A DNA stretch of 64,000 bases from Phaeosaccion multiseriatum (lineage: Eukaryota > Protista > Ochrophyta, other classes). Of this stretch, positions 61,610-64,000 are shown one piece after another. Each line of letters begins with the position of its first letter. Position 1 is the first letter of the stretch. Position numbers and translations under genes: made by a program. The notes beneath the pieces were generated by a model. It had not been told where the DNA came from. It worked only from the letters and a program-made list of their open reading frames with translations, and searched no databases. Location of the stretch: positions 2,914,001-2,978,000 of the forward strand of contig OZ218954.1 in the NCBI GenBank assembly GCA_965112735.1, given 5' to 3'.

Positions 61610-61880
61610 ATCACCAACTTGCCTGCCTGCCCAGGTGCTCCTGGTGGCCATGTTCGATGCCGTCCGCGATGACGCACGCGAGTACGCACAGTTCAAAGAA
61701 CAAATCCCACGTGTGGCCCAGGCCCTTGTACCCACGTGGCGAAGAACGCTCTACAACCCCCGTTCCAAGTATCTCGACCTCAACAGGCGATCGTCGGCAG
61801 CGGATGGGGCAAGACGGAGGAGGCGGCGTTCCTCGGAGTCGGCACGAAGCGTTGGGGTAGAGGGGAGCAGTGGCGAGTAG
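57061..61880 (+). CDS. Hemerythrin (HHE)-like helical protein with N-terminal targeting-like extension, 7 exons
   Basis: In-frame exons: APEDR|[18 protein letters not shown]...|...FKKLHS|[12 protein letters not shown]...|...[15 protein letters not shown]...QKKFNNRVI|[10 protein letters not shown]...[19 protein letters not shown]. Spacing resembles H / HxxxE-xxxFPWL / ExxxxP of HHE domains. Start uncertain. Confidence 0.65.
59746..60693 (+). repeat. ~950-bp compound (GAGT)n satellite starting at a splice donor
   Basis: GCG|GTGAGTGAGTGAGT... with recurring higher-order variants (gggtgggagtgcgt, gagtgattgagt). Confidence 0.95.
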
Positions 61881-62054
61881 TGAGTGAGTGAGTGAGTGAG
61901 TGAGTGAGTGAGTGAGTGAGTGAGTGAGTGACTTGTGTGATCCTTCATGAGAGAACAAGTCGAGTGAACGAGCGAGGGTCGCGGGTGGGGGTGCGGTGTG
62001 GATCGCTCGGATAGGCAGGATGATTTTTTGCATCCTTGAGAGAGAAGAGGGATG

Positions 62055-62088
<34 letters not shown>

Positions 62089-64000
62089 GCAGCAGATTGC
62101 ATGCAGTCTCTCGGGTTCGGCTCCTGTACAATACACAAAGGAATGTAGAAAGAAATAAACGAACGAAACGAAAGTTAAGGGATGCCGAACGCACCAACCA
62201 TTTGCCATTTGTTGCTGCGGGTTGGGGCCTCGGCTCTTGTCACTCGGGAAGGAACGTTCGGGCCAATAGACACTGACGCGAAGCACTGGCGAAGCCGGGG
62301 GGATGTTGATGGATCGATTTTCCTCTGCAATGAGCTTGGTCATGACGCCCAGCACATCGACCCGCCAGCCAGGCGCTACCAGCCAGTAGGGGGTGGGTGG
62401 GTGGGATTCACACAGGTGTAGTAAACAGATCCACACAGGGGTAGCAACAGGTTCAATGCAGTGCTCGAGTTGTTAGGCGAAGGATTTTGTTCGAGTAAGA
62501 TGCACCTCGGCAGTTCCGCTCGCTCGGGTGGGCGGAGGCATGCCACAAAATCGAGATACGATATGCCCATGAGGTTCTTGGGTCGGGCGCCGCAGGCGGG
62601 CACAGCAATTGGTCGTAGATTGGAGGGGGACAGCGCCCCAGATAAACCACATAGTAACACACAGCGGAAGTGGTCGTAGATTGGAGGGGGCACAACTCCC
62701 CTGATCTCCGGCACAAGCGCATAGGCGAAGGTGATGCCAGCAGTGGGGCGCTGTGCTCGGGTGGAGGCGAAGGCAAGCCACATGCTCATCGAGGCAGCTG
62801 CTGTGCAGTCCGGTGGAAGCAATACCCACTCACTCACTCACTCACTCACTCACTCACTCACTCACTCACTCACTCACTCACTCACTCACCCACTCACTCA
62901 CTCCCGTCATCGAGCAGAGTCTTGTGAGCCACCGCTGCTCCCTCCATTGGTTCCTACCGTCTTCACAAAGGCTTGCCTTCGGCGAGAGCAACACTCCGCT
63001 ACAACGTAACCATCAGCGCATGTCTATCGTGGGATCGTCCTATCCATCGTCACTTGAAATAGAGGCAAACGAACTCGGTCCCCACCCCCCCCCGAGGCGA
63101 GAGGACTTCTATGGGGCTTACGCAAGCCTTCTGCAGACCCTTATGTAGGCCTTTGGTTAGTCCTCATGTACACCCTATGTAGGCCTCTGGAAGGACTGGA
63201 GGGGCCGACGCTAAGCAAGTGCCGAGCATTGACTTAACAGCAGCTCTTGCGTCCTCAGCTTTCTCGCGTGCAACTAAAGATCTTAAGTAGCATGGATGCT
63301 GGTGCTTGCTTTGCTTTGCATTACTGCTACATACCTAAGAGCCATGGGGGAGGAAAAGGGTCAGGACCTGGAGGGGCCTACTGCTCCCGCAGTTTCAGTC
63401 TCAGTTTCAGTCTCGATGGGATTGCCCCCTCCCCCCCCGTGGTGGACCTGCCCTTGATTGCGCTCATACACGCCCAGTGCGCAGGGCACAGTGGTAAGAG
63501 GCGACTGAGGACTGAGGCGTGGGGACTGATGTCTGACCACTGACAACTGAGCAACTGAGCACGTCGCTCAGGACGCGAGGCCGTCTTCCCTCAATCAACT
63601 CTCCCTTCCCCCCCCAAAGCCCAGGCGTAAAAGCCGCCCGTGAGGAGACGAAGAAGGCAGAGAGGGGGGAGAGGGAAGGACCAGCTGTTGGAGGGAATGC
63701 TTGCTGCAATCATTCACCCAACTTCCTCCGCTATTTGCACTGGGCAACACATGGCGCGTCGCTCGTGCTCGTCTGTACACATGGCCGACGATGATTCGGG
63801 CCGAGACGTACGGACGAGATGGGCGGGAAAGCTTCGCGCGTCAAAAGCGAAGTATCATGGAACATCACATAGAGCAGCGGTGCATGGCGGCGGGAGAGTG
63901 AACAGCGCAAGCGGTGCCAAAGAGGCGGTGCTTCTCTAGGGCCGGAGGGCGCTCTGGAGAGAGGCGGCACGGGTGGTGTGTGGCCCAGGGAGTGCTGCTG

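Noticed and set aside
62180-63970. Short ORFs at the window end (also 15400-17300 and 35975-36500)
   Set aside because: No recognisable motifs or consistent exon chain; may be decayed TE or gene fragments but not supportable.
1-64000. tRNA/rRNA genes, autonomous transposons, prokaryotic defence systems
   Set aside because: No cloverleaf, rRNA-like, transposase, reverse transcriptase or integrase motifs recognised by eye; tRNAscan-SE, Infernal and RepeatMasker would be needed to exclude them.

Overview
Gene-dense, GC-rich eukaryotic nuclear DNA with spliceosomal introns packed with microsatellites ((CCCT)n, (GAGT)n, (GA)n, (CA)n, (CTAC)n). Gene content suggests a stramenopile/ochrophyte alga (inference). 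Most long ORFs in the six-frame track are microsatellite read-through artefacts. Joining exons by hand gives about 14 genes: a TAF1C/RRN6-like protein (partial), a Nudix hydrolase, a membrane-anchored copine-vWA + U-box protein, a Lifeguard/BI-1 protein, a rhomboid protease, an intronless GT17-like glycosyltransferase, a myristoylation-motif EF-hand-like poly-Gly protein, a coactosin-like ADF-H protein, UTP11, a small membrane protein, a large coiled-coil protein, a small CxxC protein, a 10-repeat CSVEGC (WRKY19-like) zinc-finger protein and a hemerythrin-like protein, plus an ankyrin-type pseudogene. The most unusual signals are not genes: (1) a fixed 15-mer CTGTATCACCAACTG, about 19 copies, both orientations, usually embedded in phase in CTG/CAG runs in exons, introns and intergenic DNA, plus a second dispersed 16-mer; (2) a 16-copy 71-bp intronic array whose unit is shaped like a complete mini-intron plus micro-exon, with a G-quadruplex motif and a hairpin; (3) introns with complementary microsatellites at opposite ends; (4) a ~270-bp inverted triplication. 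Exon boundaries were read by eye and may be off by a few bases. No database searches were run.
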